Shown in pieces: positions 25,661-35,115 of a DNA stretch of 35,440 nt (positions within the stretch are counted from its first letter, which is position 1; every line of letters begins with the position of its first letter). The DNA is from an uncultured bacterium (GTDB taxonomy: Bacteria > Patescibacteriota > Minisyncoccia > Phycocordibacterales > UBA9973): assembly GCA_903862375.1 (NCBI GenBank), contig CAIOXR010000078.1:1-35440 (forward strand). The letters are read 5' to 3'. The notes beneath the pieces are model-generated. The model saw nothing but the letters and a program-made list of their open reading frames with translations. It searched no databases and had not been told where the DNA came from. A program made the translations under genes and the position numbers.

Positions 25661-27526
25661 ATGCCTGAGAATGAGAATAAAATTGAAGATATAAAACGTC
25701 GTCTTTATGAACCTAAAGATACAGTAACTCATCGCACAAAAGAAAATATAATTCATAATATTGATCATAAGGTAGAACAAAATTGGAAACAAGAAGACGA
25801 AAATACTTCTAATAAAATCAGAAAACCAAAAACATCAATTTTTAAAAAGTTTTTTATTTTTTCAATAGTGTTCTTTTTTTTGGCTATTGGGGTAGCATTT
25901 TATCTATACTCAAATAATGGTACTTCTGTTTCGAATGAATATATTGATATAACAGTTATAGGTAATGCATTTACAAAGGGAGGAGAAGAATTACCTTTAC
26001 AGATCGAAGTTACAAATAGGAATAAAGCAAATCTTGAACTTGTAAATTTGATAGTTTCTTTTCCAAATGGGGCAAATAACAATTCTATAGATATCACAAG
26101 ACTGCCTAGAATTACTATTGGAACTATTAAACCAGGTGAAACAATCACAAAAAACATAAAAGTAGTTTTATATGGTGATGAAAGATCTGATCGTAACATA
26201 AAGATTGATCTTGAGTATCATCCTGAAAGTTCAAATGCAATTTTTACAAAAAGTAAAGATTATCCAGTTAATATAAGTTCTGCTCCTCTTTCTTTGTTCG
26301 TAGAAGCACCAGATACTGTAACCTCTGATCAGCCAGTAATTGTAACTGTAAAAGCTGTTCTTAATACTTCACTACAAAATAACGGTACGGTAATGCAAGT
26401 AAGTTATCCAAATAACTTTATTTATGAAGGTGCTGAGCCAGCACCTACCTTAGGAAATTCTATGTGGAGTTTAGATTCTCTAAGTTTGACTAATCCAGTT
26501 TCTGTCGTTATTAAAGGTAGAATAGTAGGATTAGATAATGACCAACAGGTTTTTCATGTTTATGCTGGAACTATAAAAGAAAATGATAAATCCAATATGG
26601 ATATTGTATATAATTCTTTGTTACACACAATTACTATTACAAAACCATTTCTTGAAGCAAATATTATTGCGAAAGACACTTCTTCGTCTGGTGATATAGT
26701 TGAAGTTAAAATATTATGGGTAAATAATTTACCAACTAAAATAACTGATGGGGAAATTTTTGTTAATTTAGGAGGGAATGTTTATGATCGTACATCGGTC
26801 AAACCTTCAAAGGGATTTTTTGATTCATTTAATAATCGTATAATTTGGGATAGGAACTATATAGATGAATTATCAAATATTGAACCTGGGCAAAGTGGAG
26901 AGGTTGATTTTAGTGTTAGCTCAAAAGAATTATCAGGTATTCAAGATTTAATTAAAGATCCAGAATTAACGTTTGATGTAAGTATAAAAGGACGTCAACC
27001 TTCTTTAGGGTCTACATATACTGAAGTAAATAATTTTTCAAAAAAAGTTGTAAAAATATTATCTAATTTTCAAATTGCTGCTTCTGCTTCATATAAGGCG
27101 GGTCCTCTTCCTCCAAAAGCTGAGAAAAAAACGGATTATGTTGTTACATGGAGTTTGCTTAATGGAACCAATACGATATCAGAGGCAGTGGCAAGGGCAT
27201 CTCTTCCTATTTATGTAAATTGGGTTTCTTCTAACTCACAAAGAGAAAATATAACTTATAATGAATCTACTCGTGAAGTTGTTTGGAAAATAGGTACAGT
27301 TCGTGCAAATACTGGTGGAAATGTTGACAAAGAAGCTGTATTTACAATTTCACTTTCTCCTTCGCTTTCTCAAGTGGGAAGCACTCCACAGTTAATGAAA
27401 GAAATATTTTTATCTGGAACTGATACATTTACAAATACACAAATTAATTTTAAAAATGGATCAATTAATACATTATTATCAGGAGATATAAATTTTAAAT
27501 CAGGTGATGAACGTGTAGTAGAGTAA
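25661..27526 (+). CDS. Membrane-anchored extracellular protein with tandem Ig-like beta-sandwich repeats
   Basis: One TM near aa 65-85; repeated IGTIKPGE / LSNIEPGQSGEV / WKIGTV motifs. Confidence 0.65.
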   Translation: MPENENKIEDIKRRLYEPKDTVTHRTKENIIHNIDHKVEQNWKQEDENTSNKIRKPKTSIFKKFFIFSIVFFFLAIGVAFYLYSNNGTSVSNEYIDITVIGNAFTKGGEELPLQIEVTNRNKANLELVNLIVSFPNGANNNSIDITRLPRITIGTIKPGETITKNIKVVLYGDERSDRNIKIDLEYHPESSNAIFTKSKDYPVNISSAPLSLFVEAPDTVTSDQPVIVTVKAVLNTSLQNNGTVMQVSYPNNFIYEGAEPAPTLGNSMWSLDSLSLTNPVSVVIKGRIVGLDNDQQVFHVYAGTIKENDKSNMDIVYNSLLHTITITKPFLEANIIAKDTSSSGDIVEVKILWVNNLPTKITDGEIFVNLGGNVYDRTSVKPSKGFFDSFNNRIIWDRNYIDELSNIEPGQSGEVDFSVSSKELSGIQDLIKDPELTFDVSIKGRQPSLGSTYTEVNNFSKKVVKILSNFQIAASASYKAGPLPPKAEKKTDYVVTWSLLNGTNTISEAVARASLPIYVNWVSSNSQRENITYNESTREVVWKIGTVRANTGGNVDKEAVFTISLSPSLSQVGSTPQLMKEIFLSGTDTFTNTQINFKNGSINTLLSGDINFKSGDERVVE

Positions 27527-27557
27527 TTAATAATTTATAAATATACGATTAAGAACT

Positions 27558-28964
27558 ATGGAACAAAAAAATGATGGAAAATTAATGGAGAAGATTATAT
27601 CACTTTGTAAGAGAAGAGGTTTTGTTTTTGCTTCTTCAGAAATATATGGTGGTATGGCTGGTGTTTATGATTATGGGCACTATGGTGTACTTTTTAAAGA
27701 CAATATAAAAAAAGAATGGGAAAAAAATATGATACAGATGAGGGAAGATATTGTTGGTCTTGATAGTGCTATATTCATGCATCCAAGGACATGGGTTGCT
27801 TCTGGTCACGTGGCAGGATTTAATGATCCACAAGTTGACTGTCATAATTGTAAATCAAGATTTAGAGCTGATCATATACTTGAAGATTTCGGTATTCAAG
27901 CCGATAAGGCTGGTATAGAATTTATAAATGATGAATTGAATAAACTTCGTGAATTAAAAAAGCTTGTATGTCAGAACTGTGGTAAGGCTGAATTAGGAGA
28001 AGCTAGAGTATTCTCAATGATGGTTAAATCAAATTTTGGTTCACCGATTGATTCACTTACTGAAGAAAATGTAGCTTATCTAAGACCAGAGACTTGTGGT
28101 GGTATATATCTAGAATATAAGAATACACTTGATAGTCTTCATTCTAAACTACCATTCGGTATTGCTCAAGTTGGTAAAGTATTTAGGAATGAAATTGCAG
28201 CTAGGCAGTTTATCTTTCGTACTCGTGAATTTGAACAAATGGAAATGCAGTATTTTCATGATCCATTAGATACAGTTTCTATTTTTGAAAATTGGAAACA
28301 GACAAGATATGACTGGTATCTTTTATATGGAATTCCTGATGATAAATTACGTTTTTATAAGCATGAGAAGTTGGCTCATTATGCTACTGATGCTTATGAT
28401 GTCGAGTATGATTTTGAGTCGATGGGTGGCTTTAAAGAAGTAGAAGGTATACACGCAAGGGGAAACTGGGATTTGTCTCAACATAGCAAGTTCTCAGGTA
28501 TTGCTCTTGACTACTACGATGAAGAAAAGAAGAAAAGATTTACTCCACATATAGTAGAAACTTCTGTAGGTTTAGCTAGACTTTTCTTAATGTTTATTGA
28601 TAATGCTTATACAGAAATACTTTCAGAAGAAGGTGAGACTCGTGTATTCTTGAAACTAGATCCAAGATTAGCTCCTATCAAGGTTGCTATCTTTCCACTA
28701 CTTAAGAACAAGCCTGAGCTTGTATCAACTGCGCATAATTTGTATTTAAAGATTAGAAGTGAGTTTATGTGTGAGTTTGATGATAATGGTAACATAGGTA
28801 AGAGGTATAGAAGACAGGATGAGATAGGAACTCCATGGTGTGTGGTTGTAGACTTTGATACACTCGAAGATAATTCTGTAACTATCCGTGATCGTGATAC
28901 TGGTCTTCAAGAAAGAATTCAAAAAGAAGATATAGTCGCTTACATAAAAGAGAGGATGAAATAA
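27558..28964 (+). CDS. glyQS: Glycine--tRNA ligase (homodimeric type)
   Basis: LCKRRGF...SEIYGG, YLRPET, GKVFRNEI, FRTREFEQME, IGKRYRRQDEIGTP. Confidence 0.97.
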   Translation: MEQKNDGKLMEKIISLCKRRGFVFASSEIYGGMAGVYDYGHYGVLFKDNIKKEWEKNMIQMREDIVGLDSAIFMHPRTWVASGHVAGFNDPQVDCHNCKSRFRADHILEDFGIQADKAGIEFINDELNKLRELKKLVCQNCGKAELGEARVFSMMVKSNFGSPIDSLTEENVAYLRPETCGGIYLEYKNTLDSLHSKLPFGIAQVGKVFRNEIAARQFIFRTREFEQMEMQYFHDPLDTVSIFENWKQTRYDWYLLYGIPDDKLRFYKHEKLAHYATDAYDVEYDFESMGGFKEVEGIHARGNWDLSQHSKFSGIALDYYDEEKKKRFTPHIVETSVGLARLFLMFIDNAYTEILSEEGETRVFLKLDPRLAPIKVAIFPLLKNKPELVSTAHNLYLKIRSEFMCEFDDNGNIGKRYRRQDEIGTPWCVVVDFDTLEDNSVTIRDRDTGLQERIQKEDIVAYIKERMK

Positions 28965-28971
28965 AAATAAA

Positions 28972-29022
28972 ATTATAAAAATCCCTTAGATAAATACTAG
29001 GGAACTTTTGGAATTTTATAAT
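28972..29022 (+). terminator. Imperfect hairpin after glyQS
   Basis: tccct(t)ag/ctaggga core with outer attataaaa/ttttataat pairing. Confidence 0.4.
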
Positions 29023-29049
29023 ACTTTAATAATATGCTAAAATGGTTTT

Positions 29050-30321
29050 ATGATAAAAGCAAAAAAGAAAGTATTTAAAAGTGGTTTAAGGGTGGTAACA
29101 ATACCTATGAAAGATAATCCTACTGTGACAGTGCTAGTACTTGTAGGTACAGGAAGTGACTATGAACCAAAGGAAATTAATGGCATTTCTCACTTTTTAG
29201 AGCATATGTGTTTTAAAGGAACTATAAAACGTCCCACTTCTAAGGATATTTCACATGAGCTTGATTCACTAGGGTGTCAGTATAATGCTTTCACTGGATC
29301 TGAATATACTGGCTACTATGCTAAGGGTGATTCAAAGAATTTTAAACAAATGTTTGATGTTGTAACTGATATATATTTAAATTCAACATTTCCAGAGATG
29401 GATATGCAAAAAGAAAAAGGGGTAATAATAGAAGAGATAAATATGTATGAAGATATGCCAGCAAGTGATGTGCAGGATCTTTTCACAAAAGTTTTATATG
29501 GTGATCAGCCAGCAGGAAGAAGCACTTTGGGTACAAAAGAAAATATCAACAATATGATCCGTGATAATTTTGTAAATTATAAAAAGATTCACTATGTGGC
29601 AGAAAATACTGTGGTAATAGTAGCTGGTAATGTAACGAATGAAGAAGTATACAAAGAAATTGCCAAATCATTTAAAGATGTACCGATAAACAAAACTGGT
29701 AAAAAGTCTAAAACAAAAGACGAACAACAAAATGCAAAAGTTTTAGTAAAATTTAAAGAGACAGATCAGACACACTTTGTACTTGGAGTAAGAACATTCT
29801 CAGTTTTTGATAAAAGGAATACTATATTATCACTTTTATCTGGAGTATTAGGAGCAGGGATGAGTTCAAGACTTTTCTCAAAACTTAGGGAAGAGCTTGG
29901 AGTTGCTTACTATGTGCGTGCTTATAATAATCCTTCACTTGATCATGGATCATTTCAGATATCGGCAGGTGTGAATAATACTAGAACAGAAGAAGTGATA
30001 AAAGAAATAATTAAAGAATGTAATTTATTAATAAATGAGAAAGTTAGTGAAAACGAATTAGAAAAAGTTAAATCACTTATAATAGGGAATATGAAGATGT
30101 CCCTTGAAGCGACAGATGATATAGCGAATTTCTATGGTGGTCAAGAATTAATAAAAAAAGAAATTAAAAGCTTAGAAGAAAAAATTAAGGAAATAAAAAA
30201 GGTAACAACAGTAGATATCCAAAAGATGGCTAAAGTTATTTTCAAAACTAAGAATCTAAATCTAGCAATTATTGGTCCATTTAAAGAACAAACTTTATTT
30301 GAAAATATACTTAAGTTTTAG
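29050..30321 (+). CDS. M16 (pitrilysin/insulinase) family zinc peptidase
   Basis: GISHFLEHMCFKGT, NAFT, EKGVIIEE, SSRLF..LRE..G.AY. Confidence 0.93.
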   Translation: MIKAKKKVFKSGLRVVTIPMKDNPTVTVLVLVGTGSDYEPKEINGISHFLEHMCFKGTIKRPTSKDISHELDSLGCQYNAFTGSEYTGYYAKGDSKNFKQMFDVVTDIYLNSTFPEMDMQKEKGVIIEEINMYEDMPASDVQDLFTKVLYGDQPAGRSTLGTKENINNMIRDNFVNYKKIHYVAENTVVIVAGNVTNEEVYKEIAKSFKDVPINKTGKKSKTKDEQQNAKVLVKFKETDQTHFVLGVRTFSVFDKRNTILSLLSGVLGAGMSSRLFSKLREELGVAYYVRAYNNPSLDHGSFQISAGVNNTRTEEVIKEIIKECNLLINEKVSENELEKVKSLIIGNMKMSLEATDDIANFYGGQELIKKEIKSLEEKIKEIKKVTTVDIQKMAKVIFKTKNLNLAIIGPFKEQTLFENILKF

Positions 30322-30353
30322 TAAAAGTTTATATTTCATGGTAAAATCATAAT

Positions 30354-31421
30354 ATGAAAGAAAATGATAAAAATGTATGTATATCTATATCGAATGATTC
30401 TATAATCCGATTTATTCTAATTGGTATTGTTTTTTATGCAATTTTTAAATTAACAAACTTAATACTTATTGTCCTTACTTCTATCGTTATAGCTTCTTTT
30501 GTGGTTTATGCTGTCAGCAAGATGAATAGATTTATTAAGAATAGACTAGCTTCAATATTACTTATATATATCATTAGTATTGGTATTATTGTAGGATTGT
30601 TGTCAGTATTTATACCTACATTTATTACTGAAATGTCTGACTTGGTAGGTCAATTAGGTAAATATATTCCAAATTCAAGCATATTAAATGGTTTTCAGAC
30701 AGACACAATATCAGGTGCAAAAACAGTAGTTTCTACTATTGCCCATAATGCATCATTGGGAGATGTTATAAAAAGTATACAGAGTCTTGTTGGTAGTCTT
30801 TCTGGTGGATTTATTAATATATTTGGTTCAACCTTTGGCGGAATAGTTAATTTATTATTGATATTCATTATTTCATTCTATCTTTCAATAACGGAAAAAG
30901 GTATAGAGAATTTCTTAAGAATTGTCACTCCAGATAAGAATGAAGAATACCTTATTAACCTTTGGTTAAGAACTGAGAAAAAGATTGGTTTGTGGATGCA
31001 AGGTCAAATGCTTATGAGTGTGATAGTAGGAGTTCTTGCTTATTTAGGTTTGACGATAATAGGAGTTAACTACTCTCTTGTATTAGCTTTGATTGTCATT
31101 GTTGCAGAGCTTGTTCCTTTTGGTTTGGTAATCGCTACTATACCCGCATTATTATTTGCATATTTAGATGGTGGAGTTGCTTTGACTGCTATAACTTTTG
31201 GATTCTATTTAATTCTAGGACAATTTGAAACTTATCTTATATATCCATTAATAGTAAAAAAGGCGACAGGTATCTCACCTTTGGTTGTTATCCTTTCTGT
31301 ATTAATTGGAGCAGAACTTGCTGGTATTTGGGGAGTATTCTTGGCTGTCCCTATCGCTGTATGTTTACTTGAATTTTTTGATGATTTAGAAAAGAAGAAA
31401 ATAGAAGCTCGAAATAATTAA
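30354..31421 (+). CDS. AI-2E family transporter
   Basis: Multi-TM; W..GQ, ELVP, E.YLIYP.I, SPLVVILSVLIG..L.G..G..LAVP. Confidence 0.9.
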   Translation: MKENDKNVCISISNDSIIRFILIGIVFYAIFKLTNLILIVLTSIVIASFVVYAVSKMNRFIKNRLASILLIYIISIGIIVGLLSVFIPTFITEMSDLVGQLGKYIPNSSILNGFQTDTISGAKTVVSTIAHNASLGDVIKSIQSLVGSLSGGFINIFGSTFGGIVNLLLIFIISFYLSITEKGIENFLRIVTPDKNEEYLINLWLRTEKKIGLWMQGQMLMSVIVGVLAYLGLTIIGVNYSLVLALIVIVAELVPFGLVIATIPALLFAYLDGGVALTAITFGFYLILGQFETYLIYPLIVKKATGISPLVVILSVLIGAELAGIWGVFLAVPIAVCLLEFFDDLEKKKIEARNN

Positions 31422-31425
31422 CTCT

Positions 31426-32976
31426 ATGAATAAAACATTTTTTCACAACAAGCGAGGATCGAATAGCCAAGTAGACTTGGATATGTCGTCCGAATCGAAG
31501 TTGGGACAAAACGGTACTCCGTTTTATCTTACAACAACTTTGCCGTACGTGAACGCACCACTACACATGGGGCATGCATTAGAGTTCGTACGTGCAGATA
31601 CAATAGCTCGATATAAGAAATTACTTGGTTTTGATGTTTATTTTAATACTGGGACAGATGAGCACGGTATGAAGATTTATGAGAAAGCTAAAGAGAGTGG
31701 CTTGGATATTCAAGATTTTGTGGACCAAGGTTTTGAAACTTTTAAAAATCAGCTAAAGATGTTTGGGGTTTTAGAAGACGTCCACTTCATTCGTACTACA
31801 GATACGAATCATATAAAATCTGCTCAAGAATTCTGGAAGAGGGTAGAGAGTAATGGTTTTATTTATAAGAAAACCTATGAGGCTAAATATTGTATGGGTT
31901 GTGAAAGTGAAAAAACAGATTCAGAACTTGTAAATGGTGAGTGTCCATTTCATACTGGACAAGAACTTAAACTTATAAATGAAGAGAATTATTTCTTTAA
32001 ATATTCTTCATTTGGAGATAAACTTTTGAAATTATATTCTGATAATCCAAATTTTGTTATTCCAGATTTTAGACTGAATGAAGTAAAGAATTTTGTAAAT
32101 AGTGGTCTTCAAGATTTTTCAATTTCTCGCTTGAAAGAAAAAATGCCATGGGGTATACCAGTACCTGGGGATGATGCTCAAGTAATGTATGTATGGTTTG
32201 ATGCACTCACAAATTATATTTCAACTTTAGGGTGGCCTACCTCATATACTGATTCGACGGACAAGCCGGAAGATAAAGATAATTTTGAAAAGTATTGGAT
32301 AAATGGCAATCCTACTCAGTATTGTGGAAAAGATAATACTCGTTTTCAAGCTGCTATGTGGCAGGCAATGCTTATGGCTGCAGGTGTACCTAACTCTCAT
32401 CAGATAATTGTGAATGGATTTATAACAGGTGAAGGTGGTATTCGTATGTCGAAGTCTCTTGGCAATGGAGTTGATCCTAAAGAAATTGTAGATGAGTACG
32501 GTACTGATGCTTTAAGATACTTTCTCCTTCGTGAAGTAAGTAGTTTTGAAGATAGTCCTTTTACTATTGAACGATTTAAGGATTCATATAATTCAGGATT
32601 AGCAAATGGATTAGGGAATTTAACTTCAAGAATATTAACTTTATCTGAAAAATATTTAAATGGAAATTTTAATTTAGAAGAGCAAAAAATTCCTGAAGAA
32701 TTTTTTGCATATTTGGAAAGTTTTGATATTCAAAAAGCTACTTCGTATATATGGGAGAAAATAGGTGAGCTAGATAAAAGGATTCAAGAGACTGAGCCAT
32801 TTAAAGTAGTAAAAGTTGATTTAGAAAAAGGGAAAGAATTAATTAAGGAAAATGTTATTAACTTATATATTATTTCTAAAATGCTTATTCCTATCCTTCC
32901 AGAAACATCTAAAAAAATTCAAAGTTTAATTAAAGAAAATAAAAAACCAGAAATTTCTTTATTTTTACGTAAATAA
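31426..32976 (+). CDS. metG: Methionine--tRNA ligase (short monomeric form)
   Basis: FYLTTTLPYVNAPLHMGH, TGTDEHG, YVWFDAL.NY, GKD, RMSKSLGN. Confidence 0.96.
   Translation: MNKTFFHNKRGSNSQVDLDMSSESKLGQNGTPFYLTTTLPYVNAPLHMGHALEFVRADTIARYKKLLGFDVYFNTGTDEHGMKIYEKAKESGLDIQDFVDQGFETFKNQLKMFGVLEDVHFIRTTDTNHIKSAQEFWKRVESNGFIYKKTYEAKYCMGCESEKTDSELVNGECPFHTGQELKLINEENYFFKYSSFGDKLLKLYSDNPNFVIPDFRLNEVKNFVNSGLQDFSISRLKEKMPWGIPVPGDDAQVMYVWFDALTNYISTLGWPTSYTDSTDKPEDKDNFEKYWINGNPTQYCGKDNTRFQAAMWQAMLMAAGVPNSHQIIVNGFITGEGGIRMSKSLGNGVDPKEIVDEYGTDALRYFLLREVSSFEDSPFTIERFKDSYNSGLANGLGNLTSRILTLSEKYLNGNFNLEEQKIPEEFFAYLESFDIQKATSYIWEKIGELDKRIQETEPFKVVKVDLEKGKELIKENVINLYIISKMLIPILPETSKKIQSLIKENKKPEISLFLRK
31438..31525. 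repeat. In-frame hairpin insert at the 5' end of metG
   Basis: Nested pairings centred on ccaagt-ag-acttgg, plus aaaacgg-tact-ccgtttt. Confidence 0.65.
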
Positions 32977-32977
32977 T

Positions 32978-33856
32978 ATGCCTAAATATATAGACATACA
33001 CGCACATACGAATTTTAAAGCTTTTGAAGAAGATCGAGATCAAGTTATTTCTCGTGCACTTGAGAATGATACATGGATTATAAATATAGGAACTCAGTAT
33101 GATACGTCTAAAAAAGCAGTTCATATGACTAACGAATATGGAGAAGGTGTATATGCAACAATAGGACTTCATCCAATTCATACTTCTGCTTCTTATCATG
33201 ATGAAAATGAGTTAGGTGAGGATGGTAAAGAATTTACTTCAAGAGGAGAAGTTTTTGATAAAGAGAAATATAAAGAGTTAGCATCACAAGGTAAGGTAGT
33301 AGCGATAGGTGAGTGTGGCCTTGATTATTATCACTTGGAAGAAGATAGTATTGAAAAACAAAAATCCGCATTTATATCACAGATAGAACTTGCGAATGAA
33401 CTTGGTTTACCTTTAATGCTCCATGTTAGGAATAACAATACAGATAAAACTCACAATGCATATTTTGATGTTTATGAATTAATTAAAAAATATTCAAAAA
33501 CTAATGAAGTCGGACTTCCTTATATCAGGGGGGTATCACATTTTTTTGCAGGAAGCGTAGAGGATATGAAAAGATTTATGGAGATAGGTGTATACATATC
33601 TTTTGCTGGTCCTATTACTTATAAGCCAAACTTACTTATTTGTGATTATGAAACTGTAATAAAAGAGACACCTATAGATATGATACTTGCTGATACAGAT
33701 AGTCCTTACGTGGCCCCAGTGCCTCATAGAGGTACTAGGAATGAGCCTTTGTATGTAAAGGATATAGTAAACAAAATTGCTCAAATTAAAGGTTTAGATG
33801 AAGATGAGGTGGCAAGACAGATAGTTATTAATGCAAAAAAGTTATTTAAAATATAA
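32978..33856 (+). CDS. tatD: TatD family deoxyribonuclease
   Basis: IDIHAH, GLHP, AIGECGLDY, LMLHVR, HFF, DTDSPY.AP.P.RG.RNEP. Confidence 0.93.
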   Translation: MPKYIDIHAHTNFKAFEEDRDQVISRALENDTWIINIGTQYDTSKKAVHMTNEYGEGVYATIGLHPIHTSASYHDENELGEDGKEFTSRGEVFDKEKYKELASQGKVVAIGECGLDYYHLEEDSIEKQKSAFISQIELANELGLPLMLHVRNNNTDKTHNAYFDVYELIKKYSKTNEVGLPYIRGVSHFFAGSVEDMKRFMEIGVYISFAGPITYKPNLLICDYETVIKETPIDMILADTDSPYVAPVPHRGTRNEPLYVKDIVNKIAQIKGLDEDEVARQIVINAKKLFKI

Positions 33857-33890
33857 TTTTTTAGGCATAATCTTTAGGAACTAAATTTTT

Positions 33891-33919
33891 TTGACTTTTC
33901 TATACTTTTCTGTTAGTAT
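33891..33919 (+). promoter_or_regulatory. Sigma70-type promoter of rpsF-ssb-rpsR
   Basis: TTGACT (33891-96), 17-bp spacer, TGt-TAGTAT (33914-19). Confidence 0.7.
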
Positions 33920-33930
33920 AACTCTACATT

Positions 33931-34003
33931 TCGTTTGTCCTAGTCTTATAACTAGTACACATTGGTCCATAATGAAATGACCGTAAGTGTTAAAGCTGAA
34001 GGT
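33931..34003 (+). ncRNA. Putative S6:S18 autoregulatory leader RNA
   Basis: cctagtctt...acac-attggtCCA...tgacc-gtaagtgt...aaagctgaagg resembles the recalled CCUUG..GG-CCR..GACC..GCUGAA..GG layout of rpsF leaders; lies in the rpsF 5' UTR. Confidence 0.6.
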
Positions 34004-34119
34004 ATTAAAATTAATAGTTAAAGTTTTTAAGAGAGTAATTCCATTTGAAATTATATATAATTATAATTTATTAAAGTGACTATTTTATAGTCGTTTTACT
34101 CTTTAAAAATATATTACAT

Positions 34120-34626
34120 ATGGCAAAAGCAAGAGTGGTAGTAGAAAGTACAGAGGATATAGAGAATTCAGATTCTAAATCTTCTATCTATGAGGTTGGT
34201 TATATAATGGTTCCAAGTATTCCAGAAGAAAATCTTGGAGGTGAAGTTTCTAGTTTTAAGGATTCATTATCAGATATGGGTGCAACATTTATATCTGATG
34301 AATATCCAAAAATGATCGAATTAGCATATGAAATGTCTCGTTCTGTTGCAAACAAAAGACAGAAGTTTACATATGGTTACTTTGGTTGGGTAAAGTTTGA
34401 ATGTAATACTAAAAATGGAAAGGCGATAAAGGAGTCTTTAGATAAGAATGAAAAGCTTGTTCGTTATCTAATGATTAAGACTGTTCGTGAAAGTACTATG
34501 TCTACAAAACGTGCATATGGTAACAATAAGGACGGTTTCAAGCGTCGTGCAACAGTAAGAACAGAAGAGACATTACCTATAAATGAAGAGACTATAGATA
34601 AAGAAATTGAAGCACTTGTGGTATAA
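34120..34626 (+). CDS. rpsF: 30S ribosomal protein S6
   Basis: YEVGYI, LAYEM, GYFGWVKF, LVRYLMIK; rpsF-ssb-rpsR synteny. Confidence 0.88.
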   Translation: MAKARVVVESTEDIENSDSKSSIYEVGYIMVPSIPEENLGGEVSSFKDSLSDMGATFISDEYPKMIELAYEMSRSVANKRQKFTYGYFGWVKFECNTKNGKAIKESLDKNEKLVRYLMIKTVRESTMSTKRAYGNNKDGFKRRATVRTEETLPINEETIDKEIEALVV

Positions 34627-34662
34627 TTAATTTATTATAAGTTAACAATTTAAAACTAATTT

Positions 34663-35112
34663 ATGTATTTAAACAAAGCAATTCTAATAGGGAATCTAAC
34701 TCGTGATCCAGAATTAAAAGCGATTGCATCTGGGAATAAGGTTTGTACTTTTAGTATAGCTACTAATCGTACTTATAAAGATTCAAATGGTGTAAAACAA
34801 GAAAAGACTGATTATCATAACATTGTAGTATGGGGAAAAACAGCAGAGAATGTAGCTACTTATATGAAAAAAGGAAGTCAAATTCTTGTAGAGGGTAGAA
34901 TGGAGACTCGTAGTTGGGATGATGCAGCAACAAATACAAAAAAGTATCGAACAGAAATCATTGCAGATACAGTTCAATTCGGCTCAAAAAATACAACAGG
35001 GCAAGGTTATCAAGCACCAGCAAATCAATCATCATCTTCTAAAAAAGAAGAAGAAATAGATACAATTGAGTATCCCGAGGAGCAAATAAATGCAGAAGAT
35101 ATACCATTTTAA
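34663..35112 (+). CDS. ssb: Single-stranded DNA-binding protein
   Basis: LNKAILIGNLTRDPE, VEGR..TRSW, C-terminal EDIPF. Confidence 0.97.
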   Translation: MYLNKAILIGNLTRDPELKAIASGNKVCTFSIATNRTYKDSNGVKQEKTDYHNIVVWGKTAENVATYMKKGSQILVEGRMETRSWDDAATNTKKYRTEIIADTVQFGSKNTTGQGYQAPANQSSSSKKEEEIDTIEYPEEQINAEDIPF

Positions 35113-35115
35113 AAC

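Noticed and set aside
1551..34977. Numerous 60-136 aa antisense or alternate-frame ORFs in the track
   Set aside because: Nearly all are nested in well-supported genes and show no motifs; treated as shadow ORFs.
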